Origin: the human T2T-CHM13v2.0 reference genome, Homo sapiens
Assembly: GCF_009914755.1 (NCBI RefSeq)
Contig: NC_060928.1
Reading direction: 5' to 3' (one strand)
Length of the DNA stretch: 64,000 bases
The notes beneath the pieces are model-generated. The model saw only the letters and a list, made by a program, of their open reading frames with translations. It was not told the origin of the DNA and searched no databases. Numbering within the stretch: the stretch's first letter is position 1; each line of letters begins with the position of its first letter. Made by a program: the position numbers and the translations under genes. Below are positions 28,371-45,819 of the stretch, piece after piece.

Positions 28371-29254
28371 GGAACTCCAAGAATGATGAGGTGCACCTGA
28401 CCCAATGAGGTGATCTGCAACTTGTATCCAGGCAGAACTATATGTTTAAAGCTAGTCCTTATAGCTGGAAAAGAACAGTTATACTTCGAAGACTTCTGAT
28501 TAGATTTATATTTAAACATTATCACCCACTATTGTGTCCCCTTTAGAATGTTACCAATCTCTCTATTGGATATCCTAGTTGTGATGTTTTCCTACTACAT
28601 TACTCAGATAAACTTTTTTTGTTAAAGAACTCTTGTCTGTCTGAATTTTACTTTAATCCACAACTACCATTGGCATATATCAATTTAGTAGTTAATCCCA
28701 TTCTTAGGCAGTATCTAGTGGGAAAACTGACAATAGAGAAGCAATTCTTTATTTCTAAAAGCTGCACAAACAATTCGCCTCTCTGGCCATTAGCAATCTG
28801 AGACTAAATGCAGAAAATGATTTCAGCAAGAGAGATACAGAATTGCTTCTTTTGTCCTAATAGCTCTGAGCTTGGTGACCCAGAAACAGGATGTCTCTGT
28901 TTTCTGTTTTATCAAGGCAAAAAGAAATAAACAACATACATGTTTACATTTGGTTGTCATCAAGTCTCTACAAAGACCTTCCTCTCCTCTGTGTTAGTCT
29001 GTTCTAGGTTCTGAAAGACAATAGGAAAGACGTTATAGCTGCTTTATACCTACAAAGAGTAAATATCTTCCCATCCCACACATTCTGCCTCCAGGTCTAA
29101 GTGCACATTTTCTTTGAGGATCTGCTTCTTTTAATCACACTTCTTAGAGAGGTGACTATGAGGGTTACATGGTAAAACAAAAGATAAAATAAAAGCACAT
29201 TCTACATAGGAGTAGTGTCTGGCACGGGATACTTTCCCAGAAAACGTTAGTTCT

Positions 29255-29256
<2 letters not shown>

Positions 29257-29286
<30 letters not shown>
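29257..29286. repeat. (AC)15 microsatellite
   Basis: Pure AC run. Confidence 0.95.
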
Positions 29287-29291
<5 letters not shown>

Positions 29292-31452
29292 GACTTTTTG
29301 TTTCCTAACTTTGCATTCTAAAGCAAAATAACATGTTTCCTGTCATTAGCTTTACTTTCTTTATCTATGCTTTTAAATGTTCCATGTGGCATCTGTTTTC
29401 CTCTACTTATGTTCTCAAAATATAAAAGGTCATTTAATACTAATAAATTATATCTAGAGAGTAAAAGTAAAGACATTTGCTTTGGGTTACTAGCTCATGT
29501 TTATCCAAGTCACATTCAGATGCAGTCCCTTCTGCAAGTCATTGACATATTTAGATAAATGGGATAACACATTTCAATGAATATGGGAAAAGCCAATTCA
29601 CCAGAGGCAAGAGTGAAGTATTATGGGGAAATTCATTTCCCTTGCCTTTTGCCCTTCATTAACAAAAATGAATGAGGAACTGAGATCATTAAAGAGCTGG
29701 TTGAAAATCAAAGAGCAGAATAACAGTGTTACCAATAAACAAAGTCTTAAGAATAATAACAGGATAAATAATGTAATACTCAATAGGCCTGTTTCTGCTA
29801 ATCCCCATTAAAGGACGAATCTTAGCACTGAGAATTCTAGCAAGATATTTGACAGGATAAGTACTGATTGAGAGTTTAGTTAACATTTCTTTTGAGTTTA
29901 GATTTATATCTGTCTTATATCTTAAAGAACATGCTGGGAAACTACAATAAGATATGTATTCTTTCTCAGGGAGTAGACTCCAGAGAAAGGGCTTATCAGA
30001 ATACTTTACAATAATACCACTTTATCTTAAATAATATAATCCTGTAAAAGCAATACATAGGGAGAAAGGACTAGTGAATATAATACACTTTGTTTCTTCA
30101 AGTCACAAGAGAATAACTTGTTTTTGTTACTTGGCTGAGATCTTTCCTGGTAAATTGCAAATCCCTCACTCTTTGTAATATTCTTTACAGGTCTACAAGA
30201 AAGGATAAAAGAATTGAAAGCTTCAATATTGTCCCTAAACCATAAAGCCTACTGAATTCCTCCTAGTAGCTTCAAGTCACCGTAATAGAAATTGTGTGAC
30301 AGGTTTTAGACAGGTCTATAAATAAAATTAATGAGCAAATTTTAGCATACTTTTAAAGCATAATAAGACCTTATAAGATTGTGTTAATTGCTAAATAATC
30401 ATCATATTCTGCACATGTTGTATATTTTCTATTCTTAAGTATGACTAGCCGATGTTTCTGTTCAAGTTCCCTAGTATTAATAAATATGTCTATAGAGTTT
30501 GGAAATAAAGATAATCTTTAAAAAAGAAACAAGTAGCAACACATAATAGAGGAAATTAGTTATTTTGGTAAGTTACCCTCCTAATGCTTGTAAGTGTGTT
30601 ATTGGGTAGTTTAGTAAAACAGCAAATAAACATACATGCAATAATCAGAGTGACTGAACAAAGTATGAAAAATTAAATGAAGTCAAAACAGTTTTTTTAA
30701 ATAAGATTATTTGATGAAAAACAATTTTAAAAAGAGTATATTATCTACATATAATACAGAAAATGAAGGACCTAAAACCCACGCACTTAGCAAAATTTTT
30801 CTCACTTTTCAGGGAAAAGAGTGAGAAATAGGCAGTTGAGTAATTAGAGGCTGAGCACTCCATAATGCGGGAGGGAGAGTCCATCAATCTCTTTGAAAAC
30901 CTGGGCAGAGTTATTATCTCTTCAACTACCACATCCTTTTCACGTCATCTACTTAGAGTGATTAGAATTCCTAAGCAACAGGATGCTAGAATTGATGGTT
31001 TCTAATTTGTCCAAAGGGTCTTTGCTGAACACCTACTATAGGGCAGGCAGAGATGACATAAAAAGTAATCAAAATTAATCCATGTTATTTCAAATGATTT
31101 CTTTAAAATTTAATTTTATGATTTATCGGACCAGTAGTCCTACATTTAAAGCTTTAATTAATTAATTTTCATAATTATTAAACATAAACCGTATAACTGG
31201 AGTTCTGTACCTAGTAAGTACAAGTAAGTTTATGCCAGATTGGCTTTTTCCACACATACAAACTAAAAATGGACAAAATAAAAAATACCAAAAGCAAATA
31301 AAAAATGAACACATGCTGGCAAAATGTGGAAGGAAAATGACCCTTGGTAGAAAAAAAAATGCATGAGTTAACTTTCCTATATGTATTGACCTTCAGCTTC
31401 AGAATGGGCTGGAGTTGGCACTGCGTCTACAGAAAGCCCAGATTATGTTTGA

Positions 31453-31789
<337 letters not shown>

Positions 31790-32029
31790 GGAAATACAGG
31801 GCACATTTAGGGAAAACCACAGCCATTGGAAAATGTGATAGGTTGGGTGGGGAGGGGAATTCTATCAAGCAGAGAGCAAGGATAAGTACCCCTAATAAAC
31901 CCTGTCATTTTTTCCTTTTGACTCCAAAATCACACTTAACAGCCCAGGTAAAATTTAAAAACAAAAACAAAAACTTGAGATCTGAGGTGCCATCCTCAAA
32001 ATGCCAGAATTATTTATAGAAATATAAAA

Positions 32030-32390
32030 AAACTATAGTCCTCACAAAATAATATTCACAGTGTTCAGGATACAAACCAACATTGCTTAATAAATAAAGA
32101 AATATAAAAAGTGCCACATTCTAAAAAGAAAAGATAATAAAGGGGAAACCAATCTGAGATCATGTAAATAGCAGACTATGATATTAAAATAGCTGTTATA
32201 ATGATCTTCAATGAGCTAAAAAATTTCTAGCAATAAATGAAACTATAGAAAATCTTAGCAGGGAAACATAAACTACCAAAAATAGAAACCCTAATATTAA
32301 CGAAAAATATATGTTAATTAAAATGATGGGATAACTTGAGAGTGTAATAGTGATAAAATAGAAAAATCAATAAACTTGGAAGTGATAGTA
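32030..32390 (+). mobile_element. Ancient L1M 5'/ORF1 fragment
   Basis: A-rich aaaatagctgttataatgatcttcaatgagctaaa..gaaaatcttagcagggaaac resembles old L1 ORF1. Confidence 0.5.
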
Positions 32391-32399
32391 AATATACCT

Positions 32400-34170
32400 C
32401 TGATTGGATTGTTATGTTTCCATTTTCATGCTCTTCAAAATATATTATAATTTCTCTTGTGTTTTGTTTTTGATTTATGGATTATTTTAAAAAGTATTAT
32501 TTAATTTCAAAACATTGGAGATTTTCCAGATCTCTTTATGTTATTGATTTTTAATTTAGAGAACATACTTTATATAATTTTAAATTCACCTAATTTCATA
32601 TGTGTTAATTTTATTGCCTAAATGTGGTCCATTTTGGCGAATGTCATTGTGGACTGAAAAAAACAAAAAAAGTATTCTATTACTGGTCAGAGGGTCCTAT
32701 AGTTTTTGATTAGGTGTATTTGTTTGATAGTGTTGTTGAAGGTTCCTATATACTTTCTTTTTTTTGTATCCACTTGTGTTAACAATTACACATGTAATTG
32801 GGTAAAGAGTGTTGAAATACCTAATTACAATTATGGAGATATCTGTTTCTCATTCTGATAAAAAAAAGTTGAAATATCCAATTATAATTATGAAGATATC
32901 TATCATTTCAGTTTTATTAGTTTTTTTCACATTTTAAAGCCTCAATACCTGCATATATAGGCTTGTTATGTTGTTATGTTTCTTTGATTAATTGATCACT
33001 TTATTATTATGAACGATGTTTCTTAATCTCAGTATTTCTTGTATTGATGTCAATTTTATTTAGTGTTTGTATAATCACTCCAGATCTCTTTTGATTAGAG
33101 TTTGGTTAGTATTTGCATGTATATCTTTTACCATTCTTTCACTACTAGTCTGTGTATATAGGTATATTTAAAGAGGGTTTCATGTTGAAAGCAATAGTAG
33201 GTTCTTAAATTTTTATTTAATATTATAATCTCTTGTTTTTTGTTGAGGCATTTAGACCATTTACATTTGTTATAATTAAGAAGAAAGCTAAATGCAGTGG
33301 TTCACACCTGTAATCCCAGTACTTTTTGGAGACTGTGGCAGGAGGATTTCTTGAGGCCAGGTTTTCAAGACCAGCCTGAGCAACGGAGAAAGACCCTGTC
33401 TCTACAAAAAATTTAAAATTAGCTGAATTTGGTGTGCGTGCCTGTAGTCTTAGCTACTCAGGAGGCTAAGACAGGAGGATTGCTTGAGCCCAGGAGTTTG
33501 AGGTTGCATTGATCTATGATCATACTCCTGCACTCCAGACTGGGTGACAGAGAAAGAAGAAAGTAGTGTTTAAGTCTAATATCTACCTGTTTGTGTTTCA
33601 TTTGGTCCATTTGCCCTTTCCTGTTTTTTTCTCTATTCCTTAGCATTATTTTGGGTTAATTGAGTTTGACTGTGATCCAATTTTATTAATTACCTTATTA
33701 CCTTTTATTTTTCACTCTTTTTTTTATTTTTAGTGATTCAACTGAGGTTTAAAATATGCATCTTTAATAATCATCGTCTTTATTCAAATAATATGATAGC
33801 ATTTTACCTTACAATAAAATTTCATTATCTACCTCTTTTCCTTTATAATATTGTTGTCATTCATTTCCCCCCTATATATGCTGTAAATCAGACAAGGCAT
33901 CATTATTATTTTTATGTTAAAGAGCTAATTTTCACAAGATGAAAAAGCAAGACATGAATTTCTTTTCTACATATCCACATATTTGCCCACATATTCATAA
34001 TTTTCAGCACTTATATGTGTAGGTGTGAATTTCCATTCGGTATTATTTCCTCCCACCTTTCCAGTGTTTCTTAACATTTTTCATAATGCATTCCTGTTTT
34101 TAATGAGTTATCTCAGCTTTGGTTTAAACTTAAAAAAAGCTGTTATTTATACTTAATTATTTCAAGACTT
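32400..34170 (-). mobile_element. Ancient L1M ORF1 end/ORF2 endonuclease region
   Basis: T-rich; tttagaccatttacattt, gtttgcatg-like blocks and ttatctcagctttgg typical of L1M reverse complement. Confidence 0.65.
33286..33553 (+). mobile_element. AluJ lacking its 3' terminus and A tail
   Basis: J diagnostics ggaggattgcttgagcccaggagtttgagg; flanked by aagaagaaag at 33278-33287 and 33554-33563. Confidence 0.88.
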
Positions 34171-34375
34171 TTTTCTTCTTTGGACAAAAATATCTACACT
34201 GGAGAAATTCTTGGCACTCTCTCAGCATGCCACTCTCAACACCAGTGAGGTCTTCAGCGTTAGCCAGTGAGTGATAACTTCATAGTCCTATGCTTAGCGT
34301 CTGCTTCCCTGGTCTACTCCTGGTAACAATATAAGGTTAGGTTTACTGGAAGCAGTGCATTTACTTTGTGAGCAC

Positions 34376-35324
34376 TCTCAGAAGGCAGTGTCATGGGGTG
34401 GGTAACAGTAAAAACGGAGTCTCAACTGGAGATTTTTTGGTGTCTGGTCCCATTGCGAGACTCCACAACACAAAATGCCCCACAGATTTAGTGTCGCCTT
34501 GAAGCAATGGAGCTGGCATAATAGCTCCATGTCAGTTACTTCTTGGCTGAGGTTGGAGGGTAGGTGACAATGTGAGTGATGTGGGTGATTGGGAATAGCC
34601 TCCAGGAAGACGGAGTCCCTCTTTGGTTGAAGAAAATTCTCCGGAGAATGGGTCAACCGTGGATGAGTGTGGCTCCTGTATAAAAATCTGTGTACGACTT
34701 TTCAGGCCCTACTATATGTAATTAAAAAGGATTTATGTGGCAAGCTTCATGGGAAAAAATCACCCTCCCAGCAAGAGCCTTGGTGCACAGCCAATGCATC
34801 ACACTCTCTGAGTCAGGGACTCAGGCCCCTCTGGCTGGTCATGCACTCACATATACATGCAGTCTTCGTCCAGAGGCCTTCAATCCTTGGTCTCTTTAAG
34901 TGGGGCCCTTTGCCAAGATCTTCAAACACTTTTGCTGAGGCTGCTTTATCTGGGAAAGTAGAAAGAGACTTTGCAGACATTTTTCCCCACTCTGCCTCAA
35001 TACTCAGTGCAGTTTCACCAGTAGATATTTTGTTTACATCTCCCCCATGTCTAAGGTCCCTAAAAATTCAAGAGCTTTTGGTTCAGGGCTCCCTCAATAA
35101 AGATATGAAATTGCACATCTGCCCTGACCTCTGTACCATGAACATTTTCAAGGAGGAAAATGAAACAGAAGTCAACACTTTCTCCAGTTTAGACTCTTGC
35201 TTATTGCATTGCAGTAAATGATTAAAAGTTTTACTGTCACTTCCATTTTTGGCTTGTTGCTTGAACTGGGTCTTCTGCCACCTAGAAGCTCAGTTCCCTC
35301 ATCAGCTCAGATGAGCAGCTGACA
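34376..35324 (+). mobile_element. Probable ancient ERV LTR (family not assigned)
   Basis: GC-richer block with t(c)tcag..ctgaca termini, TATAAAA at ~34679 and AATAAA/ATTAAA at ~35096/35221. Confidence 0.4.
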
Positions 35325-35439
35325 GTGGGTAGAGCCACCAGCAGCTGGAGGGGATCTGAGTGTGATACTTGGAGCATCTACTATAACCACTTTCTGTTGT
35401 GTTTATTCACTCTAGTTTACTCTTCATATTTTAAACATT

Positions 35440-36356
35440 AATTTCTTCATTTTTAACTGATATACAATAATTTTGTATGAAGTATAATGTGATCTATGTA
35501 TACATTGTAGAAAGATTCAGTGAAGCTAATTAACATATTCATCACCTCACCAACTTTTTTTTTTGCAGTGGGAACTTTAAAAACCTATTCTCGCAATTTT
35601 GTAATTGCAAGACATTATTATTAATGTGGTCACTATGCAGCACAAGAGATAACTAAAATATATTCCTCCAGTCTAACTAAAACTTTGCATCCTTTGATCA
35701 ATATGTTTCTTTTCCCAATCCCTTCTTATCCCCCAGCCTTTGGGAACCATCTTTCTACTCTCTGTTTCTATGAGACAAACTTTTTCAAATTCCACAGATG
35801 TTTGTGAGATCATAAAATATTTATCTTTCTGTGCCTGGCTTATTTCACTTGCCTTAATGGTCCTCCAGGTATATCCATGTTGTCACAAATGACAGGGTTT
35901 TTTATTTTTTAAGGCTGTATAGTATTCCCTTGTGTCTATATACCACATTTTCATGATCCATTCATTTGTTGATGGTCATGGTGATGTTTCTGTTTTTGTT
36001 TGTTTGTTTGTTTGTTGTTGGCTACTGTGAAAAATGCGAGAATGAATATGGAAATGCAGATATCTATTTGTGGTACCGATTTCATTTTCTTTGGATATAT
36101 ACACAGTAGCAAGATTGCTGGATCATATGGTAATTCTACTTTTACTTTTTTGTAGAACCTCCATACAACTTTTCATAGTGGCTATCCTAATTTATATTCC
36201 CACCAACAGTGTGCGAGGGTTCCCATTTCTCCACATTCTCACCAAAATTGGTTATCATTTTTCTTTCCGAATATAGCCATTCTAACAGGAGTAAATTATG
36301 TCTCATTGTGGTTTTAATTTAATTTTCATAATGGTTAGTGATGTTGAGCACTTTTT
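35440..36356 (-). mobile_element. L1MA-class 3' end
   Basis: gctaattaacatattcatcacctcac..tttctgtgcctggcttatttcactt. Confidence 0.85.
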
Positions 36357-36361
36357 AATTA

Positions 36362-38988
36362 ATTAATTATTTATTTTTATTATTATTATACTTTAAGTTC
36401 TGGGATACATGTGTAGAACGTGCAGGTTTATTACGTACATATGCATGTGCCATGGTGGCTTGCTGCACCCATCAACACGTCATCTACATTAGGTATTTCT
36501 ACTAATGCTATTCCTCCCCTTATCCCCACCCCCTGATAAGCTCCAGTGTGTGATGGTCCCCTCCCTGTGCCCATATGTTCTCACTGTTCAGATCCCACTT
36601 ATGAGTGAGAACATCCAGTGTTTGGTTTTCTGTTCCTGTGTTAGTTTGCTGGGAATGATGGTTTCCAGCTTCATCTATGTCCCTGCAAAGGACATAAACT
36701 CATTCTTTTGTATGGCTGCATAGTATTCCACAGGGTATATGTGCCACATTTTCTTTATCCAGTCTAACATTGATGGGCATTTGGTTTGGTACCAAGTTTT
36801 TGCTATTGTAAATAGTGCTGCAATAAACATATGTGTGCATGTGTCTTTATAGTAGAATAATTTATAATCCTTTGGGTATATACTCATTAATGGGATTCCT
36901 GGGTCAAATGGTATTTCTGGTTCTAGATCCTTGAGGAATCGCCACACCGTCTTCCACAATGGTTGAACTAATTTACACTCCCACCAACAGTATAAAGCAT
37001 TCCTATTTCTCCACATCCTCTCCAGCATCTGTTGTTTCCTGAATTTTTAATGATTGCCATTTTAACCAGCACGAAATGGTATCTCATTGTGGTTTTGACT
37101 TGCATTTCTCTAATGAACAGTGATGAGCTTTTTTTCATATGCTTGTTGGCCGCATAAATGTCTTCTTTTGAAAAGTGTCTGTTCATATCCTTTGCCCACT
37201 TTTTGATGGTTTTTTTTCTTGTAAATTTAAGTTCTTTGTAGATTCTGAATATTACCAATTTGTCAGATGGATCTATTGCAAAAATTTTCCCTCATTCTGT
37301 AGGTTGGCTGTTTACTCTGATGATAGTTTCTTTTGCTATGCAGAAACACTTTGGTTTAATTAGATTTCATTTGTCTATTTTAGCTTTTATTAAATTGCTT
37401 TTGGTGTTTTAGTCATGAAGTCTTTGCCCATGCCTATGTCTTGAATGGTGTTGCTTGGTTTTCTTCTAGGCTTTTTATGGTTTTAGGACTTATCTTTAAA
37501 TCTTCAATCCATCTTGAGTTAATTTTTGTATAAGGTGTAAGGAAGGGGTCCAGTTTCAGTTTTCTGCATATAGCTAGCCAGTTTTTCCAACACCATTTGT
37601 TAAATAGGGAATCCTTTCCCCATTGCTTGTTTTTGTCAGGTTTGTCAAAGATTAGATGGTTGTAGATGTATGGTGTTATTTCTGAGGCCTCTCTTCTGTT
37701 CCATTGGTCTATATGTCTGTTTTGGTACCAGTACCATGCTGTTTTTATTACTGTATCCTTGTAGTATAGTTTGAGGTCAGGTAGTGTTATGCCTCCAGCG
37801 TTGTTCTTTTTGCTTAGGATTGTCTTGGATACACGGGCTCTTTTTTTGGTTCCATATGAAATTTAAAGTAGTTTCTTTTAATTCTGTGGAAAAGGCAATG
37901 GTAGCTTGATTGGAATATCATTGAATCTATAAAATACTTTGGGCAGTATGACCATTTTCACAATATTGATTCTTCCTATCCATGACCATGGAATATTCTT
38001 CAATTTCTTTGTGTCCTCACTTATTTCCTTGAGCAGTGGTTTGCAGTTCTCCTTAAAGAGGTCCTTCACATCCCTTATAAGTTGTATTCCTAGGTATTTT
38101 ATTCCCTTTGTAGTTATTGTGAATGGGAGTTTGCTCAGGATTTGGCTCTCTGTTTGTCTATTATTGGTGTATAGGAATGCTTGTGATTTTTGCACATCAA
38201 TTTTGTATCCTGAGACTTTGCTGAAGCTCCTTATCAGCTTAAGGAGTTTTTGGGCTGAGATGATGGGGTTTTCTAAATATATAATCATGTCATCTGCAAA
38301 CAGAGACAATTTGATTTCCTCTCTTCCTATTTGAATTCCCTTTATTTCTTTCTCTTGCCTGATTGCCCTGGCCAGAACTTCCAATACTATGTTGAATAGG
38401 AGTGGTGAGAGAGGGCATCCTTGTTTTGTGCCGGTTTTCAAAGGGTATACATCCAGCATTTGCCCATTCAGTATGATATTGGCTGTGAGTTTGTCATAAA
38501 TAGCTCTTACTATTTTGAGATATGTTCCATCAATACCTAGTTTATTGAGTGTTTTTAGCATAAAGAGGTGTTGAATTTTATTGAAGGCCTTTTCTTCATC
38601 TATTGAGATAATCATGTGGGTTTTGTCATTAGCTCTGTTTATGTGATGGATTACATTTATTGATTTGCATATGTTGAACCAGACTTGCAGCCCAGGGATG
38701 AAGCCGACTTGATTGTTTTGGATTAACTTTTTAACGTGCTGCTGGATTTGGTTTGCCAGTATTTTATTGAGGATTTTTGCGTCAATGTTCATCAGGGATA
38801 TTGGCCTGAAATTTCCTTTTTTTGTTGTGTCTCTGTCAGGTTTTGGGATCAGGATGATGCTGGCCTCATAAAATGAGTTAGTTAGGAGTCTCTCTTTTTC
38901 TCTTCTTTCGAATACTTTCAGAAGGAATGATACCAGCTCCTCTTTGTACTTCTGGTAGAAATCAGCTGTGAATCCATCTGGTCCTGGG
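36362..38988 (-). mobile_element. 5'-truncated L1PA7/8-class LINE-1 (~2.6 kb)
   Basis: 3' UTR tatactttaagttctgggatacatgtg; ORF2 remnants 36675-37258 and 37878-38792. Confidence 0.93.
37878..38792 (-). pseudogene. L1 ORF2 reverse-transcriptase fragment (304 codons), non-functional
   Basis: [18 protein letters not shown] and KYLGI motifs; the element is truncated and frameshifted. Confidence 0.92.
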
Positions 38989-39849
38989 AGGATTTTACTT
39001 TAGGGATACTTTTATTCTATTTCATTCAGTTTATCTAATTTTATAATACGCTTTTCTGAAATTCAAGAGGAATACTTTTATATCTCATACTTTTACAGAA
39101 AAAAGTTTATATTATTTTAGGAGGGAGGTTAGTTAGAATAACTTTTTGAGCTTCATAATCCTAAAGTTTCCTCTTTGATTATTTACATAAAGTGTTAAAA
39201 AATATGGCTACTTTTGGCTTTGTCTCCCTGCTCACAACTACAATATGAACTTCCTTTCTCTGAACTCCTATTATTCTTGTACTGCTCAATGTGACTTCTA
39301 TTGCCCACTAATTTTACTCAGTAGTAGTGTTGCCTAGGGAGAGAATGTTATTGGTCTGTTATGAGAAGTCATGTGATGAAGGTATCTCAAGACTCTTCAG
39401 AATGTCTTCAGTAGCTCATATTTCCCTGAGAATTTTTGTATGCAAACTCTTCCCAGTTTCAGCTGCTATTAACAACTTGCCTTGCCACCAATTCCAGTGA
39501 ATGTTTGTTGGCTATTTTGTAGTTTTCCTCTTTTCAGATCCCCTGACTCTTTCCTCAGATTTCTTCCAAATGGATTCTCATGCTATGCAAATCTGGTAGC
39601 TCTCAGAAGTTTGTCTTCACTTTTTGATTTTCTGGGGAAATGTTATCACTTATCTTTTTTGTAAATGTCATGGAGTATTAGTTTCACTACCCTAGTTACT
39701 CTGTCAGCTTTTATGGGGAATTTGGAGTAATTTAAAAATACTGCGTCTCTTCCCAGGGTTTTCTTATATCTTTTTTAAGCCCTGAGAGTAAAACAAAATA
39801 CACTGAGGGCGTTAACAGGCCAATGTTCATAGCTTAATTTTCCAAAATT

Positions 39850-41050
39850 AAAAGTCAATATCCATGGACAGCAAAAGTGAAAATAAACACACGGGGCTAT
39901 ATCAAACTAAAAAGCTTTTTTGCAGCAAAGGAACAATCAAAAGAGTAAAGACACAAACTATGGAATGGCAAAAACTGTTTGCAAACCGTACATCTAATAA
40001 GGGGTTAATATCCAAATAATGTAAGGAACTCAAACAGCTCAATAATAAGAAAACAAATAACAATGATTCATCAAAGTAGAAGAAAAGACATTTTCCCAAA
40101 GAAGAAATACAAATGACCAACAGGCATAGAAAAATTTGCTCAACATCATTAGTCATCAGGAAAATGCAAATTAAAATCAGGATATATGACCTTACTCCTG
40201 TTAGAATAGCTATTACCAAAAAGACAATTGATAACAAATGTTGGTGAGAATGTGGAGAAGAAGGAACCCTTGTACACTGTCAATGGGAATGAAAATTAGG
40301 ACAACCATTATGAAAAACTGTATGAAATTTCCTAAAAAAACTAAACGTAGAACTACCATGTGAGGTGGCAAATCCACTACCAGTTTTATATCCAAAGGAA
40401 ATGAAATCAGTACCTCAAAAATATATCTGTATTCCCATGTTCATTTCAGCATTACTTACAGTAGTCAAGATATTGAATCAACATAAGTGTCCATCAACAC
40501 ATAAATGCATAAAGACAAAGTACATACACACAATTAAACACTGTTCACCCATAAAAAAAAGAAAATCCTGTCATCTGCAATGACATGGACATACCTGGTG
40601 GACATTATGCTAAGTGAAATAAGCCAGGCACAGAAAAATAAACACTTTATGATCTCCCTTGTATGTGGAATCTAAACAATCAAACTCATAGAAGCAGACA
40701 GTGGAATAGTGGTCACAGAAGCTGCGGTATATTGGCAATGGGGAGGTGATAGTCAAAAGGTACAAAATTTCAGGTACTTAGAAGGAGTCAGTTCAAGAGA
40801 TCTATTGTACAATAAGGTGACCATGGTTAATAATAATGAATTGTATTATTGGAAATTGCTAAGGAGTGTAATTTAAGTGTTCTTACAAAGGTTAATAAGA
40901 ATGTGTGGCAATCTATACGTTAATTAGCTCAATTTAGTCATTCCAAAATGTGTACATTTTCAAAACATCATATGCACTCTCTCTATATGTGTATACACAC
41001 ACACACACACACACAATATTTGTCAACTTAAAAATATATGAATAAATTTT
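39850..41050 (+). mobile_element. L1MA-class 3' portion
   Basis: atcaaactaaaaagc..gacattatgctaagtgaaataagccaggcacag..gttcaagagatctattgtac..A-rich end. Confidence 0.87.
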
Positions 41051-41548
41051 AGAAAAAGATTTTAGAAAAAAATTTAAATTTTCTAATTTTAGAAAAAAAA
41101 GGGAAGGGGAATTTCATAAGTTCCAAATTTCATAATTTCAAATATAAGAATCTAATATAAGATAAAAGTGGTATCACACATCAGAGTGGAAAAGATGTAC
41201 AATTCAATAAGAAGGCTACTGGATTGCCATCTGAAAAATAAAATAAAATTGGATTAAAATGTTAATATTTACCACTGGAACTCTATGGATATAATAGGTA
41301 CATATACTTCAAAAAATTGTGCATATATATATGCCTGAGACATCTGTACATTGCTTAGTTTATTGCACTCTTCTTGAAAAAGGCAGACATTCTCTACTCT
41401 AATTCCAAATCCAATTTCTGTCCATGCAACCAGTGTTTGAGAACGATACATTTATTTTTGTTTCTCAAATGCACCCCAATCTCTCTTATCTTCAGGCCTT
41501 GTCATGTGTTGCTTCCTCTGTCTGAGGTATCATAATATCCCCCTTTGC

Positions 41549-42117
<569 letters not shown>

Positions 42118-42855
42118 TCACTCTCAAAGAGGTCTCACTTATGTATAACTTAAACTCCTAATGTATACCAAAAACACAGCAGGATAGTTTTACTGAATAA
42201 ATCTGAATATGTTTATATAGATATATTTTTTTGTAAAAAAAAACAAGATTTTGAATATACAGCCTTATAAATTTGATAAGGAATAATGCAGTGTCTCATA
42301 TAACATCTTATAAAATAGGCTTTAATTTTAAACAGTTTTTAAAATAACCACATTTACTTTTTAATTAAGGTAGAAACATAATGTTTGTTATGTTTTGTAC
42401 CAGAGCTGAACACAGTCAAATCTAAAGGCAATTTTCCTTGGTAAGACAATTATTACTTTTCGCCAACTGACATATTTTAATATATGTATACCTGATGTCT
42501 TACACGTTATGTTTTCACAAGTATTTATTCTCATTCATAAGCAGAAAATGGCCATGAACTCTATAAGACATTGTCTAATAGCTAATGCAATGAGAACAGA
42601 GTAGCACCACAAATATCGATATTGGCAAGATATTACTATTCTATAATTCTTTTAGAGTAATCAATGATGTTTAGGTTGCTTACATTTTAATTGGATAATA
42701 TTTTTCTATCATAGCAGAAAATGTTAAAGGTGCAACTATTTCTTTAAAAGTAAGGCCTAGCCAGTTATCCCTGAAGCTTGAGTTTTTAATAAGCTTATTT
42801 TCCCTTATGCACACTATACCATCAACATATTTACACACAGATAAAAGAAAATGTA

Positions 42856-43174
<319 letters not shown>

Positions 43175-43185
43175 TTATATTAAGA

Positions 43186-43186
<1 letters not shown>

Positions 43187-43216
<30 letters not shown>
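43187..43216 (+). repeat. Pure A30 tract
   Basis: 30 consecutive A, separate from the upstream Alu tail. Confidence 0.95.
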
Positions 43217-43218
<2 letters not shown>

Positions 43219-43240
43219 AAGAAAAATCCAAGTCTTTTAA

Positions 43241-43558
<318 letters not shown>

Positions 43559-43884
43559 CTCAAGTTCGTTTTTAATTCTGCTTTCCAAACACTTTTTCCG
43601 AAAGAGAAAAGCTACGAGCTGAGTAATGTTACAAAAAGTTGTTACATGACGTTGGCTGTGAAATAAAGTATCTTGATTGTATCCAGATAACAATGCTAAG
43701 TTTAGGAGGAAAAAAACCCAGCAAAATAAATTCTGCTAAAATGTTTCTGAGTTTGATTTTCCACCTACTGTTGAATAGAGAATATTATTTTTTTTTTTAA
43801 GTTCGCAGTTTTTGGGGAAGATTGCTCTAATGCTCAAAAGGAATTCCAGAATAAGATATATAACTACTTGTTCTTCCATGGGAT

Positions 43885-45790
<1,906 letters not shown>

Positions 45791-45819
45791 AGTTCTCTAA
45801 AAAAAAAAAAAATAGGAAT

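Noticed and set aside
37878-38792. Reverse-transcriptase ORF as a novel retroelement system
   Set aside because: Ordinary L1 ORF2 fragment in a truncated, mutated L1PA7/8
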